A stretch of 64,000 nt of DNA from a virus, in the IMG/VR virus record IMGVR_UViG_3300013111_000325, positions 52,898 to 116,897 of that record, one strand, 5' to 3'. Positions 40,960-51,944 of the stretch are shown one piece after another. Position numbers and translations under genes: made by a program. Position 1 is the stretch's first letter. The number at the start of each line of letters is the position of its first letter. Below the pieces are notes generated by a model that saw only the letters and a list, made by a program, of their open reading frames with translations, had not been told where the DNA came from and did no database searches.

Positions 40960-41619
40960 TATTTGAATAAGGATAAGTCCAGAAGCACAAGCACGGACGG
41001 GAAGGGGTGGGCATACAGTCTGAGGATGCACCTGTATATTCTCTGCACGATCTTGGTGCATCCTCTGCACACTCTCTGAATAGGGGGTGGGGGGCAATAT
41101 GTTTTCGGCAAGATACTTGGGGTGTGCATAGATATACAACGAGGTTGCTATAACGGTCGAATTGAAAATTTTTTTTGGAGTAAATTGTGAAGAAGAAAAA
41201 AACATTTACAAATATCGAATTCCAAGTTCAAACCAAATACGGTTGGAAAACACTAAAAACAGAAACAGACATGCCTGATCTAGAGGTGATGGAACAATTA
41301 GAGAAGTATGAAGAAACGTATTCTGATAAAAGAGTAAGAATACATGCAGAAGGAAATAAAAAAGTTTTTGAGGATTATAATTTTTACATAGTACGCAAAG
41401 ATCCTAATATGTCTTCTAAGAAAATTCCTACTGATTTCAAGCGTTTGTCAAGTTTTCCTCTGAGTGTGGAGTCAAAACTTTTAAAGACCACACAGGATGC
41501 AGGAAAAAATATTAAAGTTGTTGATGTAGATAATAATGTTTTAAGTGAAATAAATTTGGATAAAGATCGTGTAATTACGAATACAATATAAGTTACGCAA
41601 ATTTTTTTTTGGAGTATAA

Positions 41620-41952
41620 ATGGCTGAGAAAGTCGCAGAAGCAGAGGAAGCAAAAGAACCTGTTATCATGCCTTACAATAAGGACCAAGACAGACCTTAT
41701 AAAAATCCTAAGGTACAGTTCTTCAAGACATTTGATGGAGATGGAACAGAGATCAATGATTGGCAAACATTCCATAGGGCACACAGATATTGGTCTGAGA
41801 TTGATGTTAAGGATCAATTAAATATTATTCAGTATAGGTATAAACATCTACCAGAGAAGAGAAGATTTAGAGTGATTGATGAGGATGGTAATACAATACG
41901 TGAAGTAAATCTGAATGACGAAGCGAAAGCGACTGACGATACCGAAGAATAA
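41620..41952 (+). CDS. hypothetical protein; C-terminus resembles that of 41187..41591
   Basis: RVIDEDGNTIREVNL versus KVVDVDNNVLSEINL. Confidence 0.55.
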   Translation: MAEKVAEAEEAKEPVIMPYNKDQDRPYKNPKVQFFKTFDGDGTEINDWQTFHRAHRYWSEIDVKDQLNIIQYRYKHLPEKRRFRVIDEDGNTIREVNLNDEAKATDDTEE

Positions 41953-42508
41953 TAATGATCCTTTTGGATTAGAGTTTGAGATTGCTCTGATGAAAGCGAG
42001 GTATGTCTACCCTGCTCCTGAGAACAAAAAGATACATCCCGATGATATATTAGGTCATGCAAAACAAATATATGAAAGCGAGATGCTTGAGAGGTCTTTG
42101 TGTGCTTTCTATGATAGTATTGTACCTGTGACTTATCGTACTACCTCTGAGCATTTATCTAATACTTTCTTACAAAAACAATCTTCATATAAAATAGTAA
42201 AATATAAAAGTAAAACTAATACGCATATAAGAAACATCTTTGAAATATCTTATGAATTTCTAGATGTTCTACATGTCCCAACGGGAAAGGTGATAGAGTG
42301 CAAGGTGCATAAGTCTGATGCAGGCTTGGAGAGACATAGACGTAGAATACTTGAACGGCGTAATGGAAGGCGGGATAATGATTTATCTGATTATTATCTA
42401 ATATGTCTAGATAAGGAGGATGTATTTGAAGTAACAGAGTTTTTAAGTATAGGGAATGCTGGTCGCTTTGTTCGTGAAAATTTTGAGGAGTTTATAAATG
42501 AAAACTGA
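41915..42508 (+). CDS. possible PD-(D/E)xK nuclease
   Basis: LDV……IECK motif. Confidence 0.4.
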   Translation: MTKRKRLTIPKNNNDPFGLEFEIALMKARYVYPAPENKKIHPDDILGHAKQIYESEMLERSLCAFYDSIVPVTYRTTSEHLSNTFLQKQSSYKIVKYKSKTNTHIRNIFEISYEFLDVLHVPTGKVIECKVHKSDAGLERHRRRILERRNGRRDNDLSDYYLICLDKEDVFEVTEFLSIGNAGRFVRENFEEFINEN

Positions 42509-43238
42509 ATTAAATAATCCAGGGTGGTTTGTTTTGGAGAATTTCTATACTCCAGAGGAAACTGATTTGGTACTGGAAAGTATTCGTCAAGTGACGGAAA
42601 ATGATGAAGTGTATCTGTATCATGACAGAGCCGACAGGTTGAGGCGAATGGAATATTTTGCCTTCTATGACGAAGTATTGAAAGATTTGGATAGAAGATT
42701 TCGGAATATATTGTACGAGGCGACTGGTGAGCAATGGAGTTTGTTTAAGGATAAGGTGAACTTTAAGCCTTCTGGTGGAGAGGGATTCTATGCACATTAC
42801 GATGGCATCTTTGAGTTTAAAAATGCGAATGGAACAACAAGTAATGGTTGGTATGAATATGCTAGAGAGTTTCTATCAGCATTACTTCTATTAGATGACT
42901 TTACGGAAACCAATGGTGCATTAGAGTTGAGTAATATGCATGACGAGGACTGGAATACTCTATATGGTAGAACAAAACAAAATGGTACACCCGATATACG
43001 TGAAGACTTGGTGAATACTTATGATTGGACAAAGGTCATTGCAAGTAAAGGTAGTGTTTTGGTTTTTGATCATCGTGTACCTCATATGTCTCGTATGAAT
43101 GAATCTGAGTCCACCCGTCGGACAATATACTATACGTATAATCCTGCGAGGGTAGGGAATTTTTACGAGAAATATTTTTTAGATAAGTATAACAGTAGAA
43201 ACACAAATAGTAAATCATTATCTGGTGAATTGAAATGA
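42498..43238 (+). CDS. PhyH-family Fe(II)/2OG dioxygenase (PhnY-like)
   Basis: LFKDKVNFKPSGGEGFYAHYD, NGAL and H.S..N.S..RR..Y.TYN. Confidence 0.8.
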   Translation: MKTELNNPGWFVLENFYTPEETDLVLESIRQVTENDEVYLYHDRADRLRRMEYFAFYDEVLKDLDRRFRNILYEATGEQWSLFKDKVNFKPSGGEGFYAHYDGIFEFKNANGTTSNGWYEYAREFLSALLLLDDFTETNGALELSNMHDEDWNTLYGRTKQNGTPDIREDLVNTYDWTKVIASKGSVLVFDHRVPHMSRMNESESTRRTIYYTYNPARVGNFYEKYFLDKYNSRNTNSKSLSGELK

Positions 43239-43651
43239 AGTGTGATGTATATGTAAGCATGGTCGGTGATCTATTTCATATAGGGCATTTAAATATCCTA
43301 GAATATGCTAGTCATTTAGGTGTAATCACGGTTGGATTATTAACGGACGAAGCAGTAGAATCCTATAAAAGAACTCCTATTGTAAGTTATGAGAATAGAA
43401 AGACTATCGTAAGTGCTATACAATATGTCGATTCTGTAGTACCTCAAGAAACACATTCTTATAGACCTAACATATTAAAATATCGTCCTAGAGTGCTAGT
43501 GCATGGAGACGATTGGAAGGAGGGTGTGCAACAGGATGTCAGGAATGAAGTTGTGAAGACATTAGAAGAGGTGGGAGGAACTTTGATAGAGGTTCCTTAT
43601 ACAGAAGGAATTTCAACTACACAACTATTGAAAAAAATACAATGTATGTAG
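43235..43651 (+). CDS. cytidylyltransferase of the type associated with PEP mutase
   Basis: DLFHIGH, LLTDEAV.SYKR, HGDDW..G.Q and PYTEGIST. Confidence 0.85.
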   Translation: MKCDVYVSMVGDLFHIGHLNILEYASHLGVITVGLLTDEAVESYKRTPIVSYENRKTIVSAIQYVDSVVPQETHSYRPNILKYRPRVLVHGDDWKEGVQQDVRNEVVKTLEEVGGTLIEVPYTEGISTTQLLKKIQCM

Positions 43652-44430
43652 CATCACCATCGACTGTAAAGTTTGTAAAGAAATATGAACCGTGTATAAT
43701 CATTACTGATAAACTTACTACTGATATTTTAAGACTGGAAAATAAGTTCGATGAAGTGATTGCTATCGGTGGCGGTGCGGTGATGGATGCGGCCAAGATA
43801 CTATCTAAGCATCATTTAATATGTAATCCTACGACTGCAAGCGGTTCACCTACATCTGCACATAGCGTGGTGTGGGATGGTGTGAATAAGACAAGTGTAC
43901 AAGGCAACCCTGCTGATGTGGTACAAGTGGTCGATGAATACTGTGAAGGGTTGATGGGTAAAGCATTGTTAAACACTCGTGTAGATTTATGGGCACATGC
44001 TATCGATACATTGTATAGTGAAAAGGCAACTGCGAAATCTAGAACGTTGAGTGATAGTATATTGAATAGAATGAAATCACCTATGACCAACGTAGAGTTG
44101 GTCGAGTTAGGTAACCTCGGTGGTGATCTTATTCGCATGGTCCCTACTACTCTAATGCATGGTTGTAGTTATCCTCTGACTGGACATTATGGAATTGCAC
44201 ATGGTAGAGCATTGAGTTGTATGGTACAAGGTATCTGCGATGTCAAAGGTCTGAATGCTACTGATTGGTTTACGAAGGATGAACTGAATAGCATGAACAT
44301 TCATCGATTAGAAGTAAATATAAATAAATCTATGATCTTGACAGAGATATTAAAGTATGATAAAATACATGAGTTTGATTTGGGTGTCAAGATCACTGCT
44401 TCTGTTATTGCTGAACTATTTGGAATGTAA
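43642..44430 (+). CDS. iron-containing alcohol dehydrogenase (phosphonoacetaldehyde reductase-like)
   Basis: AIGGGAVMDAAK, PTTASGS and TTLMHGCSYPLT.HYGIAHG.A. Confidence 0.8.
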   Translation: MYVASPSTVKFVKKYEPCIIITDKLTTDILRLENKFDEVIAIGGGAVMDAAKILSKHHLICNPTTASGSPTSAHSVVWDGVNKTSVQGNPADVVQVVDEYCEGLMGKALLNTRVDLWAHAIDTLYSEKATAKSRTLSDSILNRMKSPMTNVELVELGNLGGDLIRMVPTTLMHGCSYPLTGHYGIAHGRALSCMVQGICDVKGLNATDWFTKDELNSMNIHRLEVNINKSMILTEILKYDKIHEFDLGVKITASVIAELFGM

Positions 44431-45026
44431 TGGACACACCTATTGACAGAAAATATAACGCACAAAATCTAAAAGAAGTTCTTCCTCTTCTAGAAGGGTT
44501 AGATTATTTTATTTTTTATGGGACTTTACTAGGGCTTGTACGTGAAGGTGATATACTAGAAAAGGACGATGATATTGATATAATGGTCGACCTTAAACAT
44601 TTTGCAGAACTTATAGATAGATTTGATAAGCATGACGGGTTGTTGACCTATGATAACAATCCTAATGTGAACTATTGCAATTACTTTAGACAAGCCACTG
44701 GCACAAGAGATGGTGTAAAGACGTTTGCTGATTTCTATTTCTATGATGCAGAAATAAAACCTGGATCAATTGTAGATCGATGGAACATGAATGGTGCATG
44801 GCAAGATCCTAATATGCACATAATCATTCCTAATGATATCATTTACCCAATTGAAACTAAAACGAATAAAAAATATGGTGAGATAAAATATCCATCTCAA
44901 CCTGTTCCTTGTCTTGAATATCTTTTTGGTAGTGGATGGATGCATCCTAGAAAAAAGAAAAAAGAATATCTAGCACTCGTTAAGAACAATCGCCCGCACA
45001 TAGTTTATCCTGGTCAAAACAGATGA
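44430..45026 (+). CDS. LicD-family nucleotidyl/phosphotransferase
   Basis: YGTLLGLVREG…DDDIDI and L..LFG..WM.P. Confidence 0.85.
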   Translation: MDTPIDRKYNAQNLKEVLPLLEGLDYFIFYGTLLGLVREGDILEKDDDIDIMVDLKHFAELIDRFDKHDGLLTYDNNPNVNYCNYFRQATGTRDGVKTFADFYFYDAEIKPGSIVDRWNMNGAWQDPNMHIIIPNDIIYPIETKTNKKYGEIKYPSQPVPCLEYLFGSGWMHPRKKKKEYLALVKNNRPHIVYPGQNR

Positions 45027-45733
45027 GAAAACATTTGATATTTCATTTTTGTGCCAATCAGGAAACTGGATGGGCAAAAGCACATATCGATAGATTAAAA
45101 AAACATATAGATTTGTTTGATGGTTACAGGTTCTTTTCTATATGTGAACCAAATAATAATCTACGTGACAATGATCTTGTTAATGATATTCTTTCTATGC
45201 AAAATGAAAGAACAACTATCAATTACATAATCAATGATACGACAAGCAGAGAAGTAAAACCATTCTTTGATATGCATCTACCAGCATTGCAATTGATGTC
45301 TAATCATTCTAGTGATTATTGTTTCTATGGACACACGAAAGGATCATCAAGACCATACTCTGATGCATTGAATGCATGGAATACTACACTGTGGAAATAT
45401 AACATAGAGAAGTATGATGAACTTATTAAACCTAACTTTGGTAAGTATAAGACTATTGGTTGTCTGAGAAAGACAAAAGAGAAAGCAGGTGAACATGTTG
45501 GTGATGGCATACTCGAATCATATCATTTCTCAGGAACTTTCTTTTGGTTTTCTTGTGATATATTCGATGGACCTTGGTTTGATCCAAATAGGACTTCACC
45601 TCATGTAATAGAACGATGGCCAGGTATTATTACTGGTCTAGACGATTCTAAATCGGTATTTGATGTTGAAGATAGTATGCTATATTATGAAGATATTTTT
45701 TGGCAAGCACACAATATAAAAGGAGATATGTGA
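45023..45733 (+). CDS. glycosyltransferase-like protein
   Basis: FYGHTKG, HFSGTFFW and ERW. Confidence 0.55.
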   Translation: MRKHLIFHFCANQETGWAKAHIDRLKKHIDLFDGYRFFSICEPNNNLRDNDLVNDILSMQNERTTINYIINDTTSREVKPFFDMHLPALQLMSNHSSDYCFYGHTKGSSRPYSDALNAWNTTLWKYNIEKYDELIKPNFGKYKTIGCLRKTKEKAGEHVGDGILESYHFSGTFFWFSCDIFDGPWFDPNRTSPHVIERWPGIITGLDDSKSVFDVEDSMLYYEDIFWQAHNIKGDM

Positions 45734-46776
45734 CTAGAATATGTATTACAGGTGGAGCAGGTTTCATAGCACACCATGCGGTTGAAACAATATTAGATGA
45801 AACTGATTGGGAAGTCGTAACGATTGATCGAATTGATTTTAGTGGTAACTATAATCGTTTGGTTGACATATTAGAAAATCATCCTGAACGTAAACGAGTG
45901 TCAACGGTATGGCATGATCTTAAAGCAGAGTTTAATCCACAGATCAGATCATTTCTGGGTAAGTGTGATTATGTTGTTCATATGGCCGCAGGTTCTCATG
46001 TTGATAGAAGTATTGAGTATCCAATGGAGTTTGTCATGGACAATGTTGTGGGTACAGTAAACGTAATGGATTGGGCTCGTAGTTTAGATGGGTTAGAGAG
46101 AATGATTTATTTTTCTACTGATGAAGTATTTGGTCCTGCACCTAAAGGTATTAAGTTTAAAGAATGGGATCGCTACAATAGTACGAACCCGTACAGTGCA
46201 AGTAAAGCAGGTGCGGAAGAGTTAGCGATAGCATATGAGAATACATACGGGTTACCAATCTATATTTCGCATACCATGAATGTATTTGGTGAGAGACAAC
46301 ATCCAGAAAAATATATTCCTATGTGTATTCGTAGAGTAAGAAATGGTGAAACGATTACAGTTCATTCTAATAGTGCAAAGACAGAAGCAGGATCAAGGCA
46401 TTACATACATGCAAAAGATGTTGCTGATGCTATGTTATTCTTGTTAACTGAAGATCCGCAAAGAAAATTGATGAGTATCGATAAAAATGTCTGGTCAGAT
46501 GAAGTTGGTGTCGGCAAAGATATCAAATTCAATATTGTAGGACCAGAAGAAATTGATAACCTTTCTCTTGCAAAAATGATTGCGAATTGTCAAGGTAAAG
46601 AAGCAATTACTGAGATGGTTGATTTTCATTCTGCAAGACCTGGGCATGATCTTAGATATGCACTTGACGGTGGGTTGATGAGATCTATTGGTTGGGAACC
46701 TAAACTAAAATTCTCTGAGAGAATACAACAAGTGAGTGATTGGTATCTAAATAGAAACGAGTGGCTTGAAGTCTAA
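45730..46776 (+). CDS. dTDP/GDP-sugar 4,6-dehydratase (RfbB-like)
   Basis: ITGGAGFI, HMAAGSHVDRSI, STDEVFG, PYSASKA and RPGHDLRY; GTG start after AGGAG. Confidence 0.9.
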   Translation: MTRICITGGAGFIAHHAVETILDETDWEVVTIDRIDFSGNYNRLVDILENHPERKRVSTVWHDLKAEFNPQIRSFLGKCDYVVHMAAGSHVDRSIEYPMEFVMDNVVGTVNVMDWARSLDGLERMIYFSTDEVFGPAPKGIKFKEWDRYNSTNPYSASKAGAEELAIAYENTYGLPIYISHTMNVFGERQHPEKYIPMCIRRVRNGETITVHSNSAKTEAGSRHYIHAKDVADAMLFLLTEDPQRKLMSIDKNVWSDEVGVGKDIKFNIVGPEEIDNLSLAKMIANCQGKEAITEMVDFHSARPGHDLRYALDGGLMRSIGWEPKLKFSERIQQVSDWYLNRNEWLEV

Positions 46777-46905
46777 ATAATTTTATGTTTTATTTTAATG
46801 CCAGAGATATTGAGGATCTAGATGTTGTTCAGTTTAAGAAGGATATATTTGTAGAACCTCAAGACAAAATGTATTTTGATTTTGAACCAGTGGGAGTAAA
46901 TTTAT

Positions 46906-47403
46906 ATGCAAGACGTAAATTTAATAAGAAACGATATAGACGTAAAACGAATAAAATCTGAACTTAATATCCTATTATCGAATATTCCTGAGTTTGAAGA
47001 TCAGATGTGTTTACAAGGGGTCTCAAAAGATATGGATCCTTTCTATGGCAGTCGTAGAATAGCAGATATGGGTGATTATAAAGAGACAGACTTTAAACAT
47101 TTTCTCTTTCCTGAACTAGATTATACAAATTCTGTAATAGAAGAGTTAAATCTTTTCAGAACACGTATAATGAAGTCACCAAAAAAGAGTTGCTTGACTT
47201 GGCATGTAGATCCATCTATGAGAGTGCATATTCCCCTTAAAACAAATGACCAGTGTTTTCTCTTAATTGATAGAACTGCACACCATTTAAAAGATGATGG
47301 GTCCGTTTATCTATGTGATACAACAAAACCTCATACTGCTATAAATGCATCGTTACATGCTAGAACGCATTTAGTCGGAGTTATTAATGAAATTGATGAG
47401 TGA
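46906..47403 (+). CDS. Asp/Asn beta-hydroxylase-like 2OG-Fe(II) oxygenase
   Basis: R.RIM, WHVD…RVHIP..TN and HTAIN…R.HLV. Confidence 0.75.
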   Translation: MQDVNLIRNDIDVKRIKSELNILLSNIPEFEDQMCLQGVSKDMDPFYGSRRIADMGDYKETDFKHFLFPELDYTNSVIEELNLFRTRIMKSPKKSCLTWHVDPSMRVHIPLKTNDQCFLLIDRTAHHLKDDGSVYLCDTTKPHTAINASLHARTHLVGVINEIDE

Positions 47404-47803
47404 AATTAAAAGCGAATTTGGATTTTCTCCTGAGGTAGATGATGAGATAATCGAAGATCTTAATACATTACCATGGGATAGAAAAAATATCATAATGCAA
47501 TATAAAACTTACGTATTGTATAAAGATAAGTATCCTGTTACAAAAAATCATATGCTATACGTACCAAGATCAAGAAATTTGATTTTTATTATGGATTGTT
47601 ATTCAGAAGCATACAAGCGAGGTATACTTGGTATAGAGACAAAAGAATGGGACTCATTTAATATTGGTATGAATTTTGGTGAAGAAGCAGGGCAAACAAT
47701 TGACTGGCCTCATATTCATTTGATACCGAGAAAAAAAGGCGATACGAAAAAACCTCGTGGTGGTGTAAGAAATGTTATTCCTGGTGCAGGCGATTATAAA
47801 TAA
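47387..47803 (+). CDS. HIT family hydrolase
   Basis: DKYPVT.NH and FNIGMN.GE.AGQT..WPHIHLIPR. Confidence 0.88.
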   Translation: MKLMSEIKSEFGFSPEVDDEIIEDLNTLPWDRKNIIMQYKTYVLYKDKYPVTKNHMLYVPRSRNLIFIMDCYSEAYKRGILGIETKEWDSFNIGMNFGEEAGQTIDWPHIHLIPRKKGDTKKPRGGVRNVIPGAGDYK

Positions 47804-48124
47804 TATGGATCATGATAATTAAATTACTGGAGTATATGGCACAACCTAGATACTTTCTAGGAACACTTTATCTAGCATGGGCAGGTTCTGTAGGTCATAA
47901 TATATTATGGGAGGCTGTAACGGTCGGTATAATGTGTGGTATATTTGACTATTATAAGGAGCGGCCCATGAAGTAAGGAGAAGCATGTGGAAACTTTCCT
48001 ATACATACAAGGACTATGTAGGTGTAAAAACAAAACACGTAGTCTTCTTCAAGTCTGAACGTAAGTATCAAGATTTTATCAAATCACACCCAACCATACA
48101 AATATTATCAACTGAAAAACCAAA

Positions 48125-48487
48125 TTGACTTTTACGAAATCGGCCGCCAAAGAAATCACTAAGATTATGGAGCGTGATGGACTCTCACCTGAAACACATG
48201 CAGTAAGGATAGGAGTCAAAGGTGGTGGATGTTCAGGTCTGACTTATACATTAGACTTTGATGATTGTCAACGCAAGTTTGACATCACCTATACCAGCAA
48301 TGGTTTGACTATTTTAGTTGATAAAAAATCCCACCTATACATTGGTGAGACTGAGATTGATTGGTCATACAATCTTATGGATCGAGGTCTCAAATTCAAT
48401 AATCCACACGCAAAAGTTTCTTGTGGTTGCAAGTCCTCATTCATGGTAGATATGCCCGAGGTAACAGAAAAACCATCTTGGATGTAA
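48125..48487 (+). CDS. second Fe-S A-type carrier (IscA/ErpA family)
   Basis: RIGVKGGGCSGL.Y and F.NP…SCGC. Confidence 0.9.
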   Translation: MTFTKSAAKEITKIMERDGLSPETHAVRIGVKGGGCSGLTYTLDFDDCQRKFDITYTSNGLTILVDKKSHLYIGETEIDWSYNLMDRGLKFNNPHAKVSCGCKSSFMVDMPEVTEKPSWM

Positions 48488-48495
48488 AAAAACCC

Positions 48496-48556
48496 TTGAC
48501 ATCTTGCCCCAGTTTGCTATTATATAAATGTACTGATTAGATAACCCTTTCGGAGA
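48496..48556 (+). promoter_or_regulatory. repeated early promoter with leader
   Basis: TTGACA-16-TATTAT…GTACTGATTAGATAACCCTTTCGGAGA. Confidence 0.85.
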
Positions 48557-49335
48557 TGCCAAAATGAAAAGTCTAAAAAGAATGAAATTTGAAGAACTTT
48601 TTAAAGAGTGTGTGGAACTGAGAGCAGAACGTGTTCATCTATCCCATGAGTTGAGTAAGGCAAAAGCCGAACTTGAGAAAATGAAACGAGAAATGGAGTT
48701 TGCTGAAGAAATGGGAGTGAATTTTTATGAACTTGAAGAAATGAAACGAGAAATGGAGACTGCATAATGTTCATATCAGAAGTCAGATCAAGAGGAATTA
48801 AATATCGTGGTAGGTTTAGTCACAGAAAATACTTTGAGACTTTGGAAGAAGGTCTTGAATGGGCAAGAGGCCTTGCTGGTCGCATTGTTGCTTCTGGTAG
48901 GTACTCTGATGAAGAAATCGTAATGGAACACAGTGAGGTCAAATGAGAGATCCAGAATACGCAAGAGGTTTTAAAGAGTCAATGAGAGAACTGGCATGTT
49001 CCGATCTTGAAAGTGCCGCAATGAGAATTGAAATTCTTGAAGAAGAATTAGAAGCCGAACGCAAAAAGAAATGGGAACTGGTACACAAAATCAAATTGAT
49101 TGATTCTGGTACTGATCTTGATACCATTCTTGATAGTGGTGAGCCATTGACCCTTCATGAGAAAATTGAAATGATTAAAGAAGGATTTGCAAATGTTTAA
49201 ATCATCAAAAGCATATTGTAATGGTGAACTGATTTGGGACGCAAAAGACCCAAAGTTCAATCATTGTCTCAAAAAAGATATTGAACATTACAAAAAATAT
49301 CTTAAAGAAAAAGAAAATTTCATTGCAAAAAAGTC

Positions 49336-49397
49336 TTGACAAGTTAGCCTAATTTGCTATTATATAAATGTACTGATTGAGATAACCCTTTCGGAGA
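49336..49397 (+). promoter_or_regulatory. repeated early promoter with leader
   Basis: TTGACA-16-TATTAT…GTACTGATTGAGATAACCCTTTCGGAGA. Confidence 0.85.
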
Positions 49398-50218
49398 TTG
49401 AATATGAGTTCAAGCCTAGATAGACTTTTTGAAGAAGCCAGAGAAGACGGATCACTTCGTCTTTGGGAAATCGGTGATACAGTTGTTGTTCATGCCCTGA
49501 ATGACCTTGTTGGTGAGGTTACCAAGCGGTCACTAAATGGCGATGGTGTTTATGACTACATGGTTCACTATGAACGTGACGGGTCTTGTGAGTGGTGTGA
49601 GGCTTCTGATCTGAGAGAAGCAAATGATCTTGATAACTGGTCGTTGACTGAACGTGAATGTTGGTCTTTGTATTGAAACCTTATTTTAGGAGTAGTTATG
49701 GGAATGGTTAAAAAAGCATTGATTGAACATGAAATTAGAATGGAAGACTTTGAGGCGGGTCTGGAATGGATGACTCGTTATGGAGTCAAAACTTTTAAAG
49801 ACCATACTGGTGAGTGGGTAGAAGTTCGTTGCTCAAAAGAATACGACTTTTGGTCCCCAGACCCGAAACCTATTGCACACCTTACATCGGAAACTGCATA
49901 ATGGAAACTGTTAGAGAACTTAAAAAATTTGATGCATTGCTGAGAATGACTCGGTTCTCTACCAAACGTAAGGGCAATGATAAAAAGAGGCAATCCAAGA
50001 AACTTTGTCGCAAAAAAATCCGATGGGACGAATAAAAAAATGGTTTCGCCATATGGCATTTGAGTGGGAATTAATGAAGTGTAACCTTGAAGCAAGATTG
50101 GGGATGATATGAATGAAGCAATTTTTGAAGCAATTTACGAAGAGTTACTTGAAGCAGGATATGAAGATTGTCAAGAAACTGTTGAATTAGCAATCATGAT
50201 TTTTTACGACAGGGCATT

Positions 50219-50665
50219 ATGATAGATGCAGAAGGTAAAGCGGATCCTTTCCTTGCACCAAAAGGTACTCGTGATGAGTTTTTTCTTAAACTAGAAAAGC
50301 GTGTCAAGAAACCAGAGTACACTATACATTTCATGGTTGACCGTGAAGGTCGCAAGGCGATGTTCTATAATATCAAAATTGCGACTGGTGAAGCAATAGT
50401 AGAAGGTGATTGCATATTAATAAAGGCGACCGTTGCACGACATGATGCAAGAAATGGTAAAGCACAAACATATCTAAATAGATGTGTTTTTATTAAGAAT
50501 TATGGTAGTAAAGATAAGAAACCTGAGAAAAATATACCTTCTCATCAAGAACAATTATTAAATGGTCTCAATCTTGATAGCCAGGTATTCACGGCTGAGA
50601 AGGAATCTGAGAATAAAAAACCTACTTGGCAAGAACAATTAGTACAGGAGCCACCATGGGCGTAA
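50219..50665 (+). CDS. possible OB-fold protein
   Basis: D..G…F…EGD…IKATV..H….G..QT.LNR pattern. Confidence 0.45.
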   Translation: MIDAEGKADPFLAPKGTRDEFFLKLEKRVKKPEYTIHFMVDREGRKAMFYNIKIATGEAIVEGDCILIKATVARHDARNGKAQTYLNRCVFIKNYGSKDKKPEKNIPSHQEQLLNGLNLDSQVFTAEKESENKKPTWQEQLVQEPPWA

Positions 50666-51000
50666 TGAAAAATAAATATATTGAAGAACAGATGGAGCAA
50701 GAACTAGAACTTGAAATGATTGATAATAAGAATGGTGAGGTCACCTTTAAGGTTGTTGAGGTTGATAATGAAAGTGAAGACATTTCTTATATTCATGTCA
50801 GAGAAGAAGCCAAGGTAGAAGAGGCGCTGGAACGAATGTATAATAAGAGTCAGGAAGATTTATTTAATAGTGAAGATTATAATTGGTCAGGTTTTAGGTA
50901 GAAGAAATTTGCAGTCCTGAAAAAAACATGCCAACAAATTCATAATGTGGAATTACGTAACTAAATTTGAAAATGTAATTTATGATGATGTGAGTTACGT

Positions 51001-51753
51001 ATGATGGAAATATTTCTTCATGGTCCTGGTGGAGTAATGACAACACATTCTTTATCTGATCAGGCATATGAATTTTGGAAAGATAAATCTAATAGATTTT
51101 TATTTGATTATTCGTGGAATTTAGATGTGATATGGAAAGACCATGAAAATAAAAATCATGATAATAGAACGAAATTAAAAATTCCGTCATATGCAGATTT
51201 TTTGCTTGATGAATCTACAGGAGATTTTCAATATTGGTGTCAACATGGTGAACAAAATAGAACCGTTCATTTGTGCGATTTTAATGCCTGTGTATTGTTT
51301 GTTGAATATAATAACAAAATATCTTTGCATTATCCTGAAGAATTTACCACTATTGAGCATGACCGAGAATATGATTTTGAATTGAATAAATTTTATTCAG
51401 GAGTTTCTTGTGAGATAGGTAATTGGCAACATAAAAAATATAAAAAATTTATACCATTAGAGCATTTAATATTATATACTAAAAAAATTAATGGTAGAAA
51501 ATATATTATTGATTTTGGTTTTGATTCAAGTGACATGATATTTCAAACAGAAAATTATAACATGTATGAGGAGATGGTTGTAGATTGGTACTATAGATTA
51601 CATGTGAGAAATGAAAACGTAGTTAAAGACCTATCTACTTTTTCAAATGTTGATTTATCATATAATTTAAATTCACATACTCTGCATGATGAACAAGAAG
51701 ATTCTGATATCATGGATACTTCAAATTTTAAAATACATAATAAGATAAAATGA
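51001..51753 (+). CDS. AT-rich hypothetical protein
   Basis: 250-aa ORF. Confidence 0.6.
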   Translation: MMEIFLHGPGGVMTTHSLSDQAYEFWKDKSNRFLFDYSWNLDVIWKDHENKNHDNRTKLKIPSYADFLLDESTGDFQYWCQHGEQNRTVHLCDFNACVLFVEYNNKISLHYPEEFTTIEHDREYDFELNKFYSGVSCEIGNWQHKKYKKFIPLEHLILYTKKINGRKYIIDFGFDSSDMIFQTENYNMYEEMVVDWYYRLHVRNENVVKDLSTFSNVDLSYNLNSHTLHDEQEDSDIMDTSNFKIHNKIK

Positions 51754-51944
51754 TTAAATGGGGAACAACATTTGGTTCTCATGATGGTGCGTTAGCAGTT
51801 TTTGTAGATGATGTACTTGTATTTGCTTCTGATGCGGAACGATGGTCTAGAAAGAAAAATGATCCTGTAATGCTAAAATACGTACAACAGATAATGTGTG
51901 ATTTCCTACAAAAAAGGAGAAATCGTGAAAACCGCTTTACTTGA
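51750..51944 (+). pseudogene. N-terminal fragment of a NodU/CmcH carbamoyltransferase
   Basis: WG….SHDGALAV….LVFASDAERWSRKKND, after which similarity stops at about 40 aa. Confidence 0.65.

Noticed and set aside
40479-41205. Short ORFs on both strands in the structured region
   Set aside because: No RBS, atypical composition, and they overlap promoters and stems.
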